Made by a program: the position numbers and the translations under genes. From the NCBI GenBank assembly GCA_036172245.1, contig JAYWIR010000019.1:1860001-1924000 (forward strand): a DNA stretch of 64,000 nucleotides. The letters are read 5' to 3'. The notes beneath the pieces are model-generated. The model worked only from the letters and a program-made list of their open reading frames with translations, had not been told where the DNA came from and did not search any database. This document shows positions 62,560-64,000 of the stretch, one piece after another; positions within the stretch are counted from its first letter, which is position 1, and every line of letters begins with the position of its first letter. The DNA comes from Raillietiella orientalis (Eukaryota).

Positions 62560-63880
62560 TGTTCGCCATGATAGGGGAGCAAAGCCAGCCAGAAACGATT
62601 TCCTAGGACCTCCTTCAAGGGTTACAATGGAGTCAGGTGCCAGGCGGACGTTCTCCCCTGTCGGCGTCTAATACACCTTCCGGTGACTTTTCCTTTCGGA
62701 TGATGTCGGATCAGCTGCGAACGACTGGTCACTTCGATCGAGCCATGGGTTCGTTGTGCTCGGTATTGTGAGCCAATGGAAGCCGTTCTTCCTTCAGGCA
62801 CATTCGTTTCAGGTAACCAAGCGGTCCGTCTTGGAGAGGAACCTTCCGTCCCGCTGGACGAGGAAGCTGCCACCGATCTGTGCCGCAAAGCCTCATTAAG
62901 GCGCCGGGGGGCTGGAGGGGGGAAGAGGAGAAGGGAGAGAGACCGGCAAAACTCGTTGTGCACCTTCCTCCACGAAGGCATTCAATTCCCTGCACTACAC
63001 GTAAGGTTTGTTGCAACCAACACCTGCGTCTCCAGGACTGCCGTCGCTAAGAGACCCGCGTATTTTTCCGTTGTTTTCACGAGTCAAATTCCTGATCTCC
63101 ATGACTGGACATCACGAACCTTGGTTTCCATGAGGCATCCTGATGAAAGATAGCAGGTGAGGATCCGGTGCAAGCACGAAAGTATGGATGACCTGGGTCA
63201 CAACCCTGCGGTGTCCTCACGTCCTCCCATCCAAGATCCTATTCCATCTCAGGTATGTGCTGGTGTGAAAGAAGCAGCAAGTCTCGGAACGGAACCAGGA
63301 ACGAAGGCAACATCTTGTCGACGATGGCCAAAGATTCGTCTAGAATTTTCGTCCAGATTTTTTTTTTTCTTCCCGAATGCCCTTCGAAACGACCTCCACT
63401 CGTTTCCGCATGGTATCCAACCCCTTGGCGCTTCTTCTGGAAGGATGCATTCTTTTCTCCGATGAATCGATCGATTCTGAAAGAGTCGATCGATAGCGAA
63501 TTAGACCGAAGATTCCCTACGTGTTCACCCAGGGGGTCTCCCGGACGCAGGGGTGCCATTGAAGTGACGCCTCTGCAGGTCTGAACGGTGCCTTGTCGAA
63601 ACTCGCATGGGAAACGCTTTGGACAGCCCGTTGGAAAAAAGAATGCATCCTTCCAGAAGAAGCGCCAAGTGGTCGAATCCGAGGGGTCTTTCGTCTTCTC
63701 GGCCACCGGCTCCGGCAGGTAGGACTCCGATGAAGTGTCGTAGCGAAAGAGATGCACCCCTTCTGACGCCTCTCGAAGCAACGCTCCTCGCTCAGGGGGC
63801 GAGTTCGGCAGTCGTGCCATCTCCTGTCCAACTCTTCTGGCTCTTTCCCCTGTGCTTCCCGGATGCTTCTGTCTATAAAA
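62560..63880 (-). mobile_element. Decayed Tc1/mariner-superfamily transposase remnant with an internal inversion
   Basis: Minus-strand FFWKDAFF (cf. ILFSDE), DKMLPSFLVP (cf. YLDML..FL.P), TGRCIRR and AWHLTPL (cf. PGRWIGR, SPDLTPLD). Confidence 0.5.
63424..63669. repeat. Perfect 33-bp inverted repeat with a 180-bp spacer
   Basis: CTTGGCGCTTCTTCTGGAAGGATGCATTCTTTT (63424-63456) is the exact reverse complement of 63637-63669. Confidence 0.95.
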
Positions 63881-64000
63881 ACACCTATTCGGTACCTGTG
63901 TCTATGACCTGCCAATCTCATCAGGTTTCGCGAGAGATCTTCCGTTTGACCTTGAGGAGGTGTGGGGGGGGGGGGGAGGAATTCGCTTCCAGTACTCGGT

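Noticed and set aside
1..64000. CRISPR arrays, rRNA/tRNA genes, prokaryotic operons
   Set aside because: None seen; the window is spliceosomal-intron-containing animal DNA.

Overview
Eukaryotic, intron-containing animal genomic DNA, most likely arthropod because the POU protein resembles pdm/nubbin; the taxon is an inference. The window has three domains. (1) ~1-36 kb is GC- and CpG-rich and holds a class II POU-homeobox gene (pdm/nubbin/Oct-1-like, + strand). Well-supported exons run 21430-27332. Candidate first exons lie ~19.5 kb upstream, there are candidate internal promoters, and a palindromic mariner-derived MITE follows the 3' end (29838-30771). (2) ~39-47 kb is AT-rich and CpG-poor and holds TMEM267 (+, 2 exons), a decayed COMMD10-like pseudogene (-) interrupted by a TTAA piggyBac-type MITE, and mitochondrial MnSOD SOD2 (+, 4 exons) head-to-head with the pseudogene. 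(3) ~47-64 kb consists of decayed transposons (RTE-like and other LINE ORF2 remnants, mariner and Tc1/mariner-type fragments). Most ORFs in the supplied track are GC-driven artefacts. All gene models were assembled by eye from splice signals and recalled family motifs; no searches were run. I found no clearly novel multi-gene system. The best leads are the COMMD10-like gene decay, the foldback MITE and the multi-promoter/alternative-exon architecture of the POU gene.
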